From the human T2T-CHM13v2.0 reference genome, Homo sapiens, in NCBI RefSeq assembly GCF_009914755.1, contig NC_060926.1: a stretch of DNA of 64,000 nucleotides. One strand, written 5' to 3'. Shown here piece by piece: positions 1 to 12,335 of the stretch. The position numbers and the translations under genes were made by a program. Position 1 is the first letter of the stretch; each line of letters begins with the position of its first letter. Under the pieces are notes generated by a model that made no database searches, was not told the DNA's origin, and was given only the letters and a program-made list of their open reading frames with translations.

Positions 1-1222
1 TTATTTATTTCTGCCTATAGATATTTTGTGATCAATTATAATAACATTACATCCCTCATTTCTGCTACAATATATTCAATTACATAGTTAACATTTCCTG
101 CTAACCTTTTCAAATACAGGAAAGCGAATTCCACCTACCTGATTGGTATGTTTCTCTAATGCATATGTTATTCTCATTATCCTTAATTCAAGTGGACATT
201 TGCTTTCTTTGGTTACATAGCTGGGTAACCAGTTATTTACCTGATCTGTAGATGCATTTAAACTCCTATGTCTCAGGGGATTGATTCATACATATTGTTG
301 TCATTATACTTTCTCTTAACAATTTATCTCTCCCAACAGTCTCATAAAACAGGTTGGTATAACTTTACCCCCTTTTATAGGAACCCAGAGACATTACTAC
401 TATATTTTGGGGCGAATTTGTGCCAGCCAGCCAGAAATGTTGTCTTAGAGCCCATGCGGTTCCAATCTATCACATATCCCAGACATACCCCACCTCCCAG
501 GAGAGGCACAATTTGGGGGACTGTTATAGCAAAGAGTTAAGAAAGAAGAAACCATTTTGAAAAACATTTATAATACAGGTCATTAATAATTAGCAGTACT
601 AAGTAATTGTAATACCATGGGGCACACAGGACCTTCTCCAAATATATTTTTCTGTCATAATTAAGATGTATGAATCACAGAGGTAGGAAAAATGTAAAGA
701 ACATAAACTATTCCATATAAGGTTCGTATTTCTAGGAATGTTCTGCTTTGTTTGGCATAAGCAATGGACTTGAAGGCAGAAGCATAGCTGGAAATGCAAA
801 ATGTGCATCTGTGCTTAATTAAGAACATTTTGAGGACTGCATATTAAGCAATGTGATTTTAAGGCTCAATCATTATAAAATGACCAAAAGCTAAGTGAAG
901 AGTAAGTCAGTCAGCCGGTTGTTTTGTCTATAGACTCTAATTTTTGTTCTCACTTAATTGATTTTTTTTGTCTAAACAGGCCAATAGTATTAATTCTATT
1001 TAATACATACTTATCCTAAGAAATAAGTTTTCAAAACCACAGGTGTCATGAAATCCACTTTAATTTGGTTTATGAAAATTAGAAAAGTAGACCAACTCTA
1101 TGTAAAATTATCTTAAGTGTTTTCAGGCCTAGTCAATTCTCTCCATCCAATTAATTTCTGCCTCCATTCATTTTTCTGAGAAAAATGAAGTATTTGATGG
1201 TCTTTTTATAAGGTTCCTGCTA

Positions 1223-1250
1223 TAGGTTGGTGCAAAAGTCATTGCCGTTT
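1223..1250 (+). mobile_element. Solo Hsmar1/MADE1 mariner terminal inverted repeat
   Basis: taggttggtgcaaaagtcattgccgttt matches the Hsmar1 TIR TAGGTTGGTGCAAAAGTAATTGCGGTTT with 2 mismatches; preceded by TA; no partner arm seen. Confidence 0.85.
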
Positions 1251-1817
1251 GGGACTTTTTTTAAAAAAATACCTCAAATCAGTTCCTAAAGATAATAAAA
1301 GGACTGTGCAAAGGCCTGAAGGCACCAGGGATTTGCTGTTCATAGGGCCCCCAAGCAACCATCTGAGCACAATCACACCAGGAGCCCAAGCCAAATTCTC
1401 TACTGCCCAAAGCAGAGATTTTGGCCCAAACCACTGTTACGACAGACTTCCACAAAGCCCATCAAGATCTTTAATATTCATCTACAACAGGCGTAGCTGC
1501 GGCCAAGGCTAGAGTTTAAGGCTGGGTCTAGAACATAGTTACATGAAACAACTCTGTACAACTGAAGTTTACCCGAAGAAGTTTCAGTTAGTTCAAAGTG
1601 CAGTCAGCCATTTTTGGACAACTAGGTTGAACTATATCTATAAATTTAAATATATTTATATATAAATACCTTATAAAATATAAAAATAAAAATAACTTGA
1701 GGTTTAGCATTTGTTTACCTATTAGAGAACAACAAATTCTACTGATAGAGACACAGAGACAGAGAGAAAACAGAGATCTTATAGCAGAAATTCTCTGTCC
1801 CTAAGAATGGTATATAT

Positions 1818-1952
1818 ATTTTTTTATTTTTAATGAAATATATAGTCAGAAAAAATGCATCCAGGGTACAGTTTGATGAATTTTTGCAAGCTAGACACAC
1901 CTGTTTAGCTGATAGATCCAGAAAGAGAAAATGTTAGCTCCCCAACAGCCCC
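1818..1952 (-). mobile_element. Old L1 (L1ME-like) 3' end fragment
   Basis: T-rich start, then gtacagtttgatgaatttttgcaag...cacacctgt typical of antisense L1ME 3' ends. Confidence 0.55.
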
Positions 1953-2328
1953 GCAGGCTCACGGCCCTCACTTCCCTGCCCTGCACCTGCCTCCCTGAAT
2001 TCCAGCCCCAGGGGCCTGTCCCAGCCCTGCATTGGAACAAAATGCTCCCAAGGCCTGCCTCACTCACTCCTGCAGTGCCAAGACTCTGTACAAATACCTC
2101 AGAATGCATTTATATCACCAGAGCCAGGGTGTGAGGGGAACAGAGAGAAAAATCCTGAATTGATTGAGTTTGAACCTTAAATTACTTTGTTGACCAAAAT
2201 GGGCCATTGTATACTATCAGTTGAAAAGGGGGCATGAAATAGCATTTAGGTTGATTTGGAGAAGAATCAAGTTCATTTTTTTCAACCTACATCCAACAAA
2301 ACCTAAAGACAAGATTTAAAAAGCTATC

Positions 2329-2648
<320 letters not shown>

Positions 2649-2649
2649 T

Positions 2650-3070
2650 CATAAACTGTAGCAAGGGAATTATTCTGCAGCCACTTTCCTTTCAGCAGGG
2701 GTTCAGAGTGTCTGAGAGGAGAGTACGTTTTAGAGTAGAAAGAGGAAATGCCAAGGAGACAGCATTTGGTGGGCAAGCGTTGTGTGAAGGTGGGACTTTG
2801 GGAAGTGGAGTAGACCCTAATTAGCCTTCAGGTACATTTGGCAGATTTTGATAGGCAAGGGAACAAGTGAGTAATTTAGGAACATTTCAAAGGAGGAAAG
2901 ATCGTTCAGTGTTAGGGGCAGAGCGTTTTCTGTGACCAGCCATTTCCTGAAACATGTCCGGGTCAAAGGGGTGCTATTTTGCAGTGAAACTGTCGTCATG
3001 GTCCTTATGGGGGCTGCTGCCACAGCAGACAGTTTCTCAACTGAACACATGCCCTGAAAATTGAGCTAAC
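2650..3070 (-). mobile_element. Possible old ERV solo LTR (family unresolved)
   Basis: About 420 bp block of higher GC ending ...gagctaaca (TG start on the minus strand); general LTR-like character only. Confidence 0.3.
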
Positions 3071-3424
3071 AACACATCTTGAAGTGTTGCGTTTCCATAT
3101 GAGTGATACATATGAACATAATGGAAAACTGATTGCAGTGAGTATAAGTACCGCTCAACAATTAACAAGCTCTATGTAATACATACCATTAATCAATTAC
3201 TCATGCATTACCTAATTTCAGGACTAACCTCCTTCCCCTAAGATGCTATTTGGAAATGGTTCCTTATTATACTTTCTCTCTCCACAACCCAGAATTTCCA
3301 GTTCGTGAATAGATTTAAAAGTGGTAAACACTGCCAAAGTAGCATTCCAAATTGGAAACTGTGGTATTCAAACTTTGTTAATATATGTCCCTATAAATAA
3401 TAAAAATTGTATTACATTTAATAA

Positions 3425-4280
3425 GCAGTTTTCAGTCTTTATCTTGCTTGATCTCCTGTCAGTCCCAAACCCAGGTGGTCACACCTGCCTTAAAACTCTC
3501 CCTGACCCCCATGACACCACTCTTTTTTGGCTTCCCTCCTATTCCCATAGCCCCTCCCTCCTAATCATCTACAAAAGCTGCCTTCTTCCACCCTGTCTTC
3601 CTCAGGCTTAGTCCTAGACTCTCTGCTCTTCTCATTCTGTATATTCTTACAAGGTGATATCAGCTACTTCCATGACTTAATTTACAATCCATATGTTATT
3701 ATCTCCCATATCAATATCTCCAGCCCAGATTTCTCTCCCAAGCTCCAGACATTTTTATTCAACTGCTTCCGGGTCACCTTCATGTGAACCATTCAGAGTA
3801 CCTCAAACTTAATATGTTTGGTCTGAAACTGAACTTATCAACCTGCCACCATTCAATAAATGCAGTCCAACTATCTGGTATTCCAAGCTAAAGATCTGAG
3901 AGTCATCCTTGATTCCTCCCTCTTTATTACCCCCACAACCAATCAATCCCTAAGTTTACACATTTTACCTACTTGATATCTTTTAAATTTATTCACTCTT
4001 CCCTATCTCCACTGCCACCTATAGTTCAGACTACACTCATTATTCCCACACACAACTGTGACAGCACCCTTTCGCCATTCTTACTCATCTTTGCCATTCT
4101 CCACACTGCAAACACAGTGATCTTCAAAAAGCACTAAGATGGCTATTTTATTCCCCTGCTTCAATTCTTTTAACCAACTCCTATTGCTCTGAGGATGGAG
4201 TACTAACCCTCTCTCTTGGCCCCAAAGCCCTTCACAAATTAGTCCCTGTTTACTCCTCTAGCCTTTGACCTTGTCACACT
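3425..4280 (+). mobile_element. LINE-2 fragment
   Basis: Pyrimidine-rich L2 motifs: catgacaccactct, tatctccagcccagatttctctcccaagctccagac, ctcaaacttaatatgt, gagtcatccttgattcctccctc. Confidence 0.85.
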
Positions 4281-4313
4281 ACGTTCATATGACAATAAAA
4301 AAGTTTCCCATGA

Positions 4314-4604
4314 GGCCAAGCAGGATAGCTCCCATCTATAATCCCAGGTCTTTGGGAGGCTGAGACGGGAGGATCACTTGAGCCCAGGAGTTTGAGACAA
4401 GCCTGGGCAACGTGGTGAGACCTTGTCTCTACAAAAATATTTATAAATTAGCTGGGTGTGATGGTGTGTGCCTATAGTCCTAGCTACTCTGGAGGCTGGG
4501 GAGTGAGGATCACTTTAGCCCAGGAGTTTGAGGTGACAGTGAACAATGATCACCACTGAACGCCAGCCTGGGTGACCAGAATAAGATGCTATCAAATAAA
4601 TAAA
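4314..4604 (+). mobile_element. AluJ-type SINE
   Basis: Diverged dimer with ggaggatcacttgagcccaggagttt in the left arm and a similar motif in the right; degenerate TSD aaagtt(t/c)c. Confidence 0.9.
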
Positions 4605-4890
4605 GTTCCTCATAGAAACAGCTTATGTATTTCTGCCTTTAGATTATCTCTCCATAGAGGGTAGACCAGGTAGAGAAATTAATGTCATAATGCCTTCAAC
4701 ACCATTTGTTTCTGTCCTTATATTCACACAAGTCTACTTTATGAAAATTCCTGGCCCCCAGTACAAAAACTCAAAATATTTGTCTTCAGGTTTCCACCAA
4801 TAAACTCACTAGGCCCATGTAAATTCTGAATTGTGACCTCAGCTCAGCTGAGACCTCCACTACAATAAAATGGATACTTTTCTACAATTG

Positions 4891-5105
4891 AAGCAGCAAG
4901 GCTGATATAGAGGAAAGACCCTTGACACACGGGGTTTCAAATCTAGTCTCTGTCACTTACCACTTGTGTAACCTTAGGCAGGCTACTTAACGCCTCCAAG
5001 TCTTTGGTTACTTATCCATAAAATGGATCAGAATGTCTATTTTATTTGATGGAGGACTATAAAACAGCTCAGTGCTTGAAATAACTGTATGTATTCAACA
5101 AGTAT
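4891..5105 (+). mobile_element. MIR
   Basis: gggtttcaaatctagtctctgtcacttaccacttgtgtaaccttaggcaggctacttaac...cataaaatgg core. Confidence 0.8.
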
Positions 5106-5845
5106 TGGCTCGTTTGTTCTTTTGCAAGCCTCCAAGAATTATGTAGAGGTGTAGACTTTAACATTGCACCCTGCATCTGAATTGCCATGGGTGCCACAGA
5201 AACTGACATCCTCCTCTGTCTGACACTTGGCTTTCTTTCAAGTCTGTTCAAGTCAAGCAAAGAAGATTTACATTAGGCTATATTTTCATTAAAATATCAC
5301 TCCAGATACTACCACCTTTGAAAACCCCAAACAAGTAAAAATGGCTCTTCTTTTTAATATAAAATTAATTTCAGTTGAGTATTATGGGTTTTGCCACTTT
5401 CAACATAAATAGAAAATCTGAATTTCTTTGGTTGAAATTCTAATAAGGTCTACCTTGTTGGGTCCTTTTTAATTTTTCCTACTTTTTCCTTTTCAATATT
5501 ATCTATCAATATTAATATAAGCCCAACTTTTTTCTTTCTAGAAAATTAGAGTGAATATCAAGATACTCATAAAGCACATTAGGAAGCATTTCTGTTGGAT
5601 TTATTACTATACTCTTAGAACCTTAAAGTCAAGAAAAGACTTACACACAGGGAGAACACATATCCCAGTTTCCCCAGGACATCTGCCCAGCTTATCCTTG
5701 TGTTCATCTATTGTCCTGAGTAAATTGTTAATAGTACCTTTCACTCGCAAAAGTGATTAGCTTAAATGATAAATTGTATGGTCATGGACATATCATGTAG
5801 TCAGATTGTTCAGACACCTGGTGCATTTTAAAAGTATATACTCAT

Positions 5846-6143
5846 GGCCAAATTCAGTGGCTCACACCTGTATTCCCAATACTGTGGAAGGCCGAGACGA
5901 GAGGATTACTTAAGCCCAGTAGTTCAAGAGAAGCCTGGGCAACATAAGGAGGCCTCATCTCTACAAAAAAAAAATTTTTTTAATTAGTCGAGTGCGGTGG
6001 CACACGTCTGTGGTCCCAGCTACTTGGGAGGCTATTGTGGGAGGACTGCTTTAGCCTAAGGGGTCAAAGCTGCAGTGAGCTGTGATTGCACCACTGCACT
6101 CCAGCCTGGGCAACAGAGCAAGACCCTGTCTTTAAAAAATAAA
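5846..6143 (+). mobile_element. AluJ-type SINE
   Basis: Diverged Alu dimer with J-type ggaggattacttaagccca. Confidence 0.9.
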
Positions 6144-6461
<318 letters not shown>

Positions 6462-6767
6462 TCTTTACTCTTTAGCCCTATCATGTACATCAAAATCAGT
6501 ATGGGACTCAAATTTATCTTATGAAGGTTCCCAAACAGTTCAAGTAATCCGCCAGTTTTTAAAATGCCCTTGTCTAATTTGCCCCCTTGTCTACTCTTTT
6601 CTAGCATGGGAGGAACTTCCCCCAGAGAAGGCTGAGAGATACCAGAGTGTGTTGGTTTTTCCTCAATTAGAGATTTTTTAGAAAAAGACTGATATCATTT
6701 CCTAAGAATGCAGATGAGGTGTCCTGCCAGCTTCTTCAGGTGGATTTCCCAGGATGATTTCAGCATT

Positions 6768-6876
6768 CTAATAATGAGAAAAGGTAATATTTATGGAGAA
6801 TTTACTGTATGTTGGGTGCTATACTCAGTAATTGATTTGTATTGTTTTATGTAATTCACTTAAAAACTCTTTAAAG
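6768..6876 (-). mobile_element. MIR piece (split by L1MC)
   Basis: taatatttatggagaatttactgtatgttgggtgctatact; continues at 7773. Confidence 0.6.
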
Positions 6877-7772
6877 TCTCACCAAAGGAGATATATGGAT
6901 GGGAAATAAGTACATCAAAAAAAAGTGCTCACCATCATATATCATTAGGGAATTGCAAATTCAAACAATGAGATACCACTACACACCTATTAGAATAATT
7001 AAAATCTAAAGCACTGACACACCAAATGCTGGTCAGGATGCAGAAAGGCAGAGTCTCTCATTCATTGCTAGTGGAAAATGCAAAATGTTATAGCCACATT
7101 GGGTAACAGTTTGGCAGTTTCTTACAAAGCTAAACATATTCATCCCCTACAATCAAGCAATTGCACTCCTTGGAATTTAACCAAATGAATGAAAAACACA
7201 AAAACCTGCAGCATTATTCTTAATCGCCAAAAGTTGGAAGCAATCAAGATGTTTTTCAGTTAGTGAATGGATAAATACACTGTGGTAGATTCAAGAAATG
7301 GAATATTATTCAGCAATAAAAAGAAATGAGCTATCAAGCCATAAAAAGGCATGAAGGAATCTCAAACGCATATTGCTAAATGAAAGAAAGCAATCTGAAA
7401 AGACTACATACTGTATGATTCCAACCATATGACATCCTGTAAGAGACAAAACTATGGAGATAGCAAAAAGATTAGTGGTTTCCAGGGGCTGGGGTCGGGA
7501 GAGGGATGAATAGGCAGAGCACAGAGGATTTTGAAGGCAGTGAAACTATTCTGCATGATACTGTAATGGCAAGTACATGTCATCACACAATTTGTCAAAA
7601 CCCAGAGGATGTACAATCCAAAGAGCGAACCCTAATGTAAATTATGGACATTAATAAAATGTGTCAATATTGGCTTATTAATTGTAACAAATGTACCATA
7701 GTAAAGCAAATGTTCCTAGTACCAGGAAACCTAAAATGGCTCAAAAAATAAAGTCTATTAATTTCAAAAAAA
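6877..7772 (+). mobile_element. L1MC-type LINE-1 3' fragment (end of ORF2 plus 3' UTR)
   Basis: ctcaccaaaggagatata, atgagataccactacacacctattagaat, gaatggataaat, gaaccctaatgtaaattatggac, aaaaaataaagtctattaa. Confidence 0.9.
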
Positions 7773-7925
7773 TCCTATGAGATAAAGACTATTGTCATAC
7801 CCATTTTATCGATAAGAAAACTGAGGTATAGAAAAAATGTCACTTGCTCAAGATCACATTATCAGCAAATCGAAATTTGAATCCAGGCAGCCTAACCCCA
7901 GAGCCCATGATTTTTACCTCTACAC
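7773..7925 (-). mobile_element. MIR piece
   Basis: cccattttatcgataagaaaactgagg...cacttgctcaagatcaca...tttgaatccaggcag. Confidence 0.8.
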
Positions 7926-8774
7926 CTCAATTTTCTAACATGTGTATCTATTGAAAGCCTATACAAAACCTAAATCCTTTTTTTTTTAACTACTACAGAA
8001 GTGTCTGTTAAAATGAATCAATTTCTCCCCAGTGCGTAATTTACTGCCTCCTCATAATAAGTGCCCTCGGGATCACCAAGAAAATAACCAAACGTTAACT
8101 CCTTCAACACTCTGGGGCGCCTTTGTGACTGCGATAGTAATTCACTTCATTAATCTAGCTGTATCTCTAGCAGTCTCCGTAACTTTAATGAAGAATTGTT
8201 TCCCTAGTGCCAATGTCATCCAAGATATTTTTTTAAAAGAACCACACAGGAAGTCACCTGTTGGAGTCGGTTACTGTGGAACTTCAGATACCCAGTACAT
8301 TTGCTTGATTTTTTTTTCCCCCACTAGAAAGTCAACTAGATGCTGGGAGAAATTAGACTCATTAGCTATTACTGTGTCCACCAATGACTGCCGCCTTAGG
8401 GTAGGAATCAGAGGAACAGAAGGGGCACTGCAGGTTTCAGAGTCTATGTCATCCAGTCACAGCTGCTGGTACCTGGTAACACTTGTGATATAAACACACC
8501 AGCCCTTCAGAGGGATACCTGCTGGGGAAGAAGCAGGGTTCATAAAGTACTCTGAGCAATGACAACCTCACTGAACTTCCTAGGGTGAGGAATCTAAAGG
8601 TCAAATCTCCTTTGGATGTGTTGATATGATTGTTTAAAAAGCCAGCCTCACTATTTCACAGACATATCCTATAATGTTAAGGGTCCATATAGAAGGAAAC
8701 GAAAGTGACAAAATACTAAGATTAGTATCAAAAGGCTGAGTGTCCCCGGAGGCCTTGTCTGAGTCCCAATGTAT

Positions 8775-8850
8775 CTGTCATTCTTTCTCTCAGCAAATGC
8801 ATACTGAGTGCTTGCTGTGTGCCAAATATTGTCCTGGATGCTGCAGATGG
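8775..8850 (-). mobile_element. L2 3' end fragment
   Basis: cagcaaatgcatactgagtgcttgctgtgtgccaa. Confidence 0.6.
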
Positions 8851-9439
8851 ATTGGTAAATAAATGGATGAGGCACACTCCATCAAACTATTACCCCATTA
8901 GCTCCATGAACAAACTGTCAGCACATCTCTCAAAACCAAGAATTAGCTTGTTTACATGAGGTTTCTAAATCTTTGTTGACAAATATTTCTACTTCTTATG
9001 TAAAACATTATTGAGTCATATGCAGAGATTGGGTAGGAGAAAGAGGTTGACAATGTATAAGTGGTAGGAATGTGTGAGAAATATTCGTAAGGCAAGTTTG
9101 AAGAGGGCTCCATAATGGGAAGCCCCATCATAATTCCATGTCCAGAGTTCACCTGCTTAAAATGCTAACAAGCCTTTAGGGAGGGAGAGAGTAATAACAG
9201 TCAAGGCCAAGATCCATAAGGCCAGAACCCTGAGGCTGGATACACCAGTCCTGGGAACTTAGCTTCTTGGTATGAAATATACAACTTAGTTCAAATTCAT
9301 ATACGAAATGAAACAACACTTTCACTTACTAATGATCACATGACCATACATATTACAGACTATACTAAAGCTCTCTCAAGCAAATAAACTATTCATTGAG
9401 GGTTAAACACATAGAGAAAAACACAATTAAGGAATGTTT

Positions 9440-9737
9440 TCCTTTTTTTGTTTTGAGACAAGGTCTTGCTCTGTCACCCAGGCTGGAGTGCAGTGGTGCA
9501 ATCACAGCTCACTGCAGCCTTAAACTCCTGGGCCCAAGCAGTCATCCCACTTCAACCTCATGAATAGCTAGAACCACAGGTACACGCCACCACACCTGGA
9601 TACTTTATTTTTTGTACACACAGGGTCTCATCATTTGATACCAGCCCAGGCTGGTCTCAATTCCTGGGCTCAAGTGATCTCCCTGCCTCAGCCTCCCAAA
9701 GTGCTTTGACTACAAGTGTGAGCCACTGTGCCCTGCC
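9440..9737 (-). mobile_element. AluJ-type SINE
   Basis: Antisense Alu: gagacaaggtcttgctctgtcacccaggctgg...ctcctgggcccaagc. Confidence 0.92.
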
Positions 9738-10090
9738 TTAGTTGTTTTTGCTTTGTTTTTTTTACTAAAGACATTGCCATTGCTCCTAGACAGATAAGAT
9801 AAATTGGATATAAATAGCTTCATTTGGGGGCCACTTTTTCCTGCCATAATCACCTCACTTAACATTTTGCATATGTATGATTAGAAATGCTAAAATAAAA
9901 TGTCAAGTATATTTTGGAAATTAGAATATAAAATAGGCAGCTGGTGACATTATGGTCTTAATGTGGCAGAATGACCTTTCCTTTTCCTATCAATGCCTTC
10001 TAGCTTTGCCTCCTCACTCCTTCTTGAGTGGGGTAGAGATGACTTAGGTGAAAAAGGAAATTAGATGGAAATGCCTTTAGTATAATGATT

Positions 10091-10157
10091 GTATCAGTCA
10101 GGATAGACAAAAGTATGCTGTGGTGATAAATGCCCCCAAGAGCTTGGTAGCTCACAG
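10091..10157 (-). mobile_element. MLT1-type MaLR LTR end fragment
   Basis: tgtatcagtcaggatagacaaaagtatgctgtggtgataaat resembles MLT1J/K termini. Confidence 0.5.
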
Positions 10158-10159
10158 TT

Positions 10160-11365
10160 ACAGTGAATAAAACAGCTGATTGAAAATAGAAAATTTCTGC
10201 ATTTTCCCCACTTTAAAGCCATACATTTCCAATAATTTCACATACATCAAACTGTAAATTTGTGTAAAATTTGTGTTTTATCAGGATATGAGCTCAGTAT
10301 CTACAATTTTTAAAACTGGAATAAATTATTTAAAATGACCTATAGTTGACAAAGGTTATAACAAAATGATATCTAATGCCAAGTTCTATGGCAGGAAAAG
10401 TGGTACAAATTGAAAATGCATTGATTTCTTATTAAATTTTACATAGGAAGCATTTATGTAGCCCTTTAATGTCCGTTTCTTGTCTAAGATGATACGTTTT
10501 CATAAATGGGAATAGCTCTTTCATCAGGTTTACATCGTGTTCATACTTGGGGTTCATATTTTTCTCTATACAAATCTATGAAAGTACAAGTTTTTGTTCA
10601 AACTCATTTGAACCATGTCATTTGAAAATCTCATTAGAAGACGTGTAAGAGGTCACGGCAACACTCTGTACTGTATTTCTTGATTTGAAACCATCAAAGA
10701 GCCCTTTCCAGTATATATATTAAAATGCCCAATTATTCTAGAAAAATACACTTCTCTTCCTTATATTATTCATCATTTCTCATTTTCCAGCTTCCCCAAA
10801 GAACTCCACTGAATAAGCTCAAATTAAAAAATCAAGATAAAAGACTCAGCTTTTGGTTTCATGCAAACACATACACATTTCTTCTTTGAGTGCTTCTCAG
10901 CGCACCCTGGTGTGCAGTAACAAATAGCTAATACTCATGAGAACATAGATAGGACTGTTCTGGTTGCTGCACAAATCCACTTTACGAAGTTGTCCACGGC
11001 TTTGAAAAGTATTTGAAACTTTTTTCATGCTATGTAAACCAATGACAAAATATGATCAAAGTTGCCTTTGGCACAATCAGAATATTTTACAAATATTTAT
11101 TTGCTTTCTCTTCGTAAGTTAAGGAGATGTAGGCATTCAGATCATTGCAACTGAAAATTCTTTATTGAGCCAAATGTTTTCTACCAGCCTACAAAATATA
11201 TTCATGTCATACTTCAAAACAGGTGGAAGTTTTCTGCATGTAAAATATAAGTTTGAGATAAAAGCCAAATTCCCTGCAATCACCAAAATTTTACATACTT
11301 CTCTAAACACAACCTGGTTGACTTCTTCCATTGTTTCACTTTGTACTCTATTTGCCACTGACCCA
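10160..11365 (-). mobile_element. Ancient hAT (Charlie/Buster-like) DNA transposon with degenerate transposase
   Basis: Minus-strand translation gives collinear motifs: frameshifted HCxxHRH-like (11044-11026), AVDNFVK (11000-10980), LLLHTRVR* (10923-10897; cf. LLLHTEVRW) and LFPFMKTY (10515-10492; cf. LLPFxTTY); outer boundaries uncertain. Confidence 0.7.
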
Positions 11366-11479
11366 CTTTGTAATTCTCAAAATCAGCAGTTAGGAGGATG
11401 AACAGTGGAGGAGTGTCCTCACTAAAGAGACCAATCCAAACTAATTGTAAAGGCTAACAGAAATGATATGAAGTGCCTA

Positions 11480-11655
11480 CAGCAGAGGCAAAGGATAGGT
11501 CTGCTGTGGAGAAATAAGTCCAAGATCACTGAGTATTAAATGCAAAACGGATAACAATGTGGTGGGAGTGGAGAAAGCAAAATTCGTAACAAAGTGGAGA
11601 GAGCCATTCTTCCATCTTCTTTGAAGGCTTTTTAAGCAAAAACAGAGACAGAATC
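11480..11655 (+). mobile_element. CR1/L3 3' fragment
   Basis: ttcttccatcttctttgaaggctttttaagcaaaaacagagac resembles the CR1/L3 3' end. Confidence 0.45.
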
Positions 11656-11689
11656 CTACCTCAATGTCACACTTCCAATGACCACGCCC

Positions 11690-12335
11690 ACAGTGCTAAT
11701 GGGAGTGTAAATTAGTACAATATTTGTGGAAAATTACTGTTACCAACCTTAGAAATGTTCAAAAACTTTTGTGAGGCACAGTGGCTCACGCCTGTAATCC
11801 CAGCTCTTAGGGAGGCAGAGGCAGGAGAATAGCTTGAGCCCAGGAGTTTAAGACCTGCCTGGGCAATATAGCAAGACCCTGTTCTCCACAAAAAGAAAAA
11901 AAAAAATGACAAAAAAGAGAAATTTTTTTTTATCCCTGTTGGATCAATTCTAAAAAGTCTATCCAATTCTAGAAAATCTATCTTAAGGAAACACTTCCAA
12001 ATAAGGGAAACAGCCTTATGCACAAAGATGTTGTTTAGGAATTGATGATTTACCACAAACAAATGGTAAGAATAACACATGAATAGACCCATTAAATAAA
12101 TTATTTCCCAAAGGAATATAGCCATTTAAAGTGAAACACTCTTGCCACAGGTAAATAAAAATGTTTATGATGAGTGAAAATGCAGCATGATCAAAATATA
12201 TCCAAAAACTAATAAGCTAAAACTATGCCTAAGCAAAAAGTGAAATGTGTGCACGTTGGTTTTCCTTTCAGTGGTGGAGTAACATTTCTCCTTTTCTGTA
12301 TTTGTCTTTAAAGAACATATATTACTTTTGCAATG
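11690..12335 (+). mobile_element. L1ME-type fragment interrupted by a BC200 copy
   Basis: gggagtgtaaattagtacaa; ccaattctagaaaatctatcttaaggaaa; tatgcacaaagatgtt. Confidence 0.7.
11771..11917 (+). pseudogene. BC200 (BCYRN1) RNA retropseudogene lacking the unique 3' domain
   Basis: BC200-specific residues: cccagctct, atagcttgagcccaggag, gacctgcctgggcaatatagc, gttctcca, and an A-rich domain with internal gac. Confidence 0.9.

Noticed and set aside
8032-8493. 153-aa ORF
   Set aside because: GTG start, no recognisable domain and no splice context; consistent with a chance ORF
10898-10916. CTCF-like motif tgcacaccagggtgcgctg on the minus strand
   Set aside because: Mismatches at highly conserved core positions; better explained as HTxVRW codons of the hAT relic
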